Positions 63,404 to 64,000 of a stretch of DNA of 64,000 nt are shown one piece after another. Position numbers and translations under genes: made by a program. Where the stretch lies: NCBI GenBank assembly GCA_002452735.1, contig DKFD01000011.1, forward strand, positions 1 through 64,000, in the 5' to 3' direction. Numbering within the stretch: position 1 is the first letter of the stretch; each line of letters starts with the position of its first letter. The notes beneath the pieces are model-generated. The model was not told where the DNA came from. It was given only the letters and a program-made list of their open reading frames with translations, and did no database searches. The stretch is from Patescibacteria group bacterium UBA6805. Lineage in GTDB: Bacteria > Patescibacteriota > Minisyncoccia > Minisyncoccales > Minisyncoccaceae.

Positions 63404-64000
63404 ATGAAAGATATGAAAGATAATGAATTCACATTTTGGCGATTTTTTAAAAAGCTTAAAGAAGTTTATAGGCCCTTTTTGGGCGCGATCGTTGCTATTT
63501 TCCTGTTGATGTTTTTGCAGGAAGCTCTGGCCTTGGTATCCCCGTACATTTACGGAAAGATAGTTGATGGCATCTTGCAGGGCCGGGCAATGGTCGAGGT
63601 GATAAAGCTTTGTTTCCTTTCTTTGGCCCTTCTTCTTTTTAACGACATGGTAGTCAATTATATCAGAGAAACGATTGAGGTCCAGAAATTCGAGTTTGAT
63701 GTTCCTCGGAAAGTAGCCGAGAGAACCTTGAGCGGGGTTTTTGAATTTTCCATCGGCCAGCACGAAAACCAGAATTCGGGAATCAAGAAAAGCATCATTG
63801 ACAGGGGGCAAAACGCCTTGATTGAGCTGGCGAACATTTTGCTTTACCAGATTTTTCCCGCTTTCCTGCAAATCGGCGTTACGGTCGTGGCTCTGTTCGT
63901 CGTATCTCCTCCTCTGGGCGCGGTTATTTTAATCGGCGCTTCGGCTTTTCTCGTCGTCAGCTTCTATGCCAACTACGTCCTGAGAGACGACTTGAAAAAA
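63404..64000 (+). CDS. ABC exporter (transmembrane domain, MsbA-like), 5' partial: runs off the window
   Basis: open frame from the ATG at 63404 to the window end (199 codons): 'MKDMKDNEFTFWRFFKKLKEVYRPFLGAIVAIFLLMFLQEALALVSPYIYGKIVDGIL...'; typical ABC type-I exporter TM1-TM3 pattern; this frame is not listed in the ORF track because it has no stop inside the window. Confidence 0.65.
   Translation, partial: MKDMKDNEFTFWRFFKKLKEVYRPFLGAIVAIFLLMFLQEALALVSPYIYGKIVDGILQGRAMVEVIKLCFLSLALLLFNDMVVNYIRETIEVQKFEFDVPRKVAERTLSGVFEFSIGQHENQNSGIKKSIIDRGQNALIELANILLYQIFPAFLQIGVTVVALFVVSPPLGAVILIGASAFLVVSFYANYVLRDDLKK

Noticed and set aside
63401-63871. 156-aa minus-strand ORF from the ORF track
   Set aside because: The plus strand carries an uninterrupted ABC-exporter-like frame from 63404 to the window end with typical TM-helix periodicity. 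The minus ORF is its shadow.

Overview
This 64 kb window is low-GC (roughly 40%) bacterial chromosome with the hallmarks of a Candidate Phyla Radiation / Patescibacteria-type genome. Those hallmarks are small housekeeping proteins, a stand-alone 5'-3' exonuclease, tRNA genes mostly lacking an encoded CCA next to a CCA-adding enzyme gene, and fatty-acid scavenging genes. The window spans the replication-origin neighbourhood (dnaN-dnaA facing rpmH-rnpA-yidC-jag). It carries many core genes: murE-like, ruvA/B/C, rpsT, holA, fpg, a histidine kinase plus receiver pair, tsaE, tyrS, PBP1A, yebC, ksgA, pnp, rpsO, nusA, tig, clpP, rny, hup, htrA, cca and an ABC exporter, plus six tRNA genes. Three accessory blocks stand out. 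(1) A minimal Gram-positive/CPR-style type IV secretion-like apparatus (VirB4 ATPase split into two ORFs, a PrgI/VirB3-like protein, a large VirB6/TrbL-like membrane protein). It is transcribed divergently from an operon of three large secreted proteins whose N-termini look like VirB2/TrbC-type pilins fused to beta/gamma-crystallin-like and extremely Cys-rich ectodomains. A stand-alone short pilin of the same type sits elsewhere next to tRNA genes. (2) A lipid-scavenging island: FakA, two FakB/DegV, three PlsY paralogues and a CarS-like DUF46 CTP-transferase. (3) A 1468-aa secreted Kelch-propeller / FISUMP-domain protein that contains near-identical DNA-level tandem repeats, shows a compositional mosaic, and is insulated by its own promoter and terminators. 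No CRISPR array, rRNA, transposase or integrase was seen.
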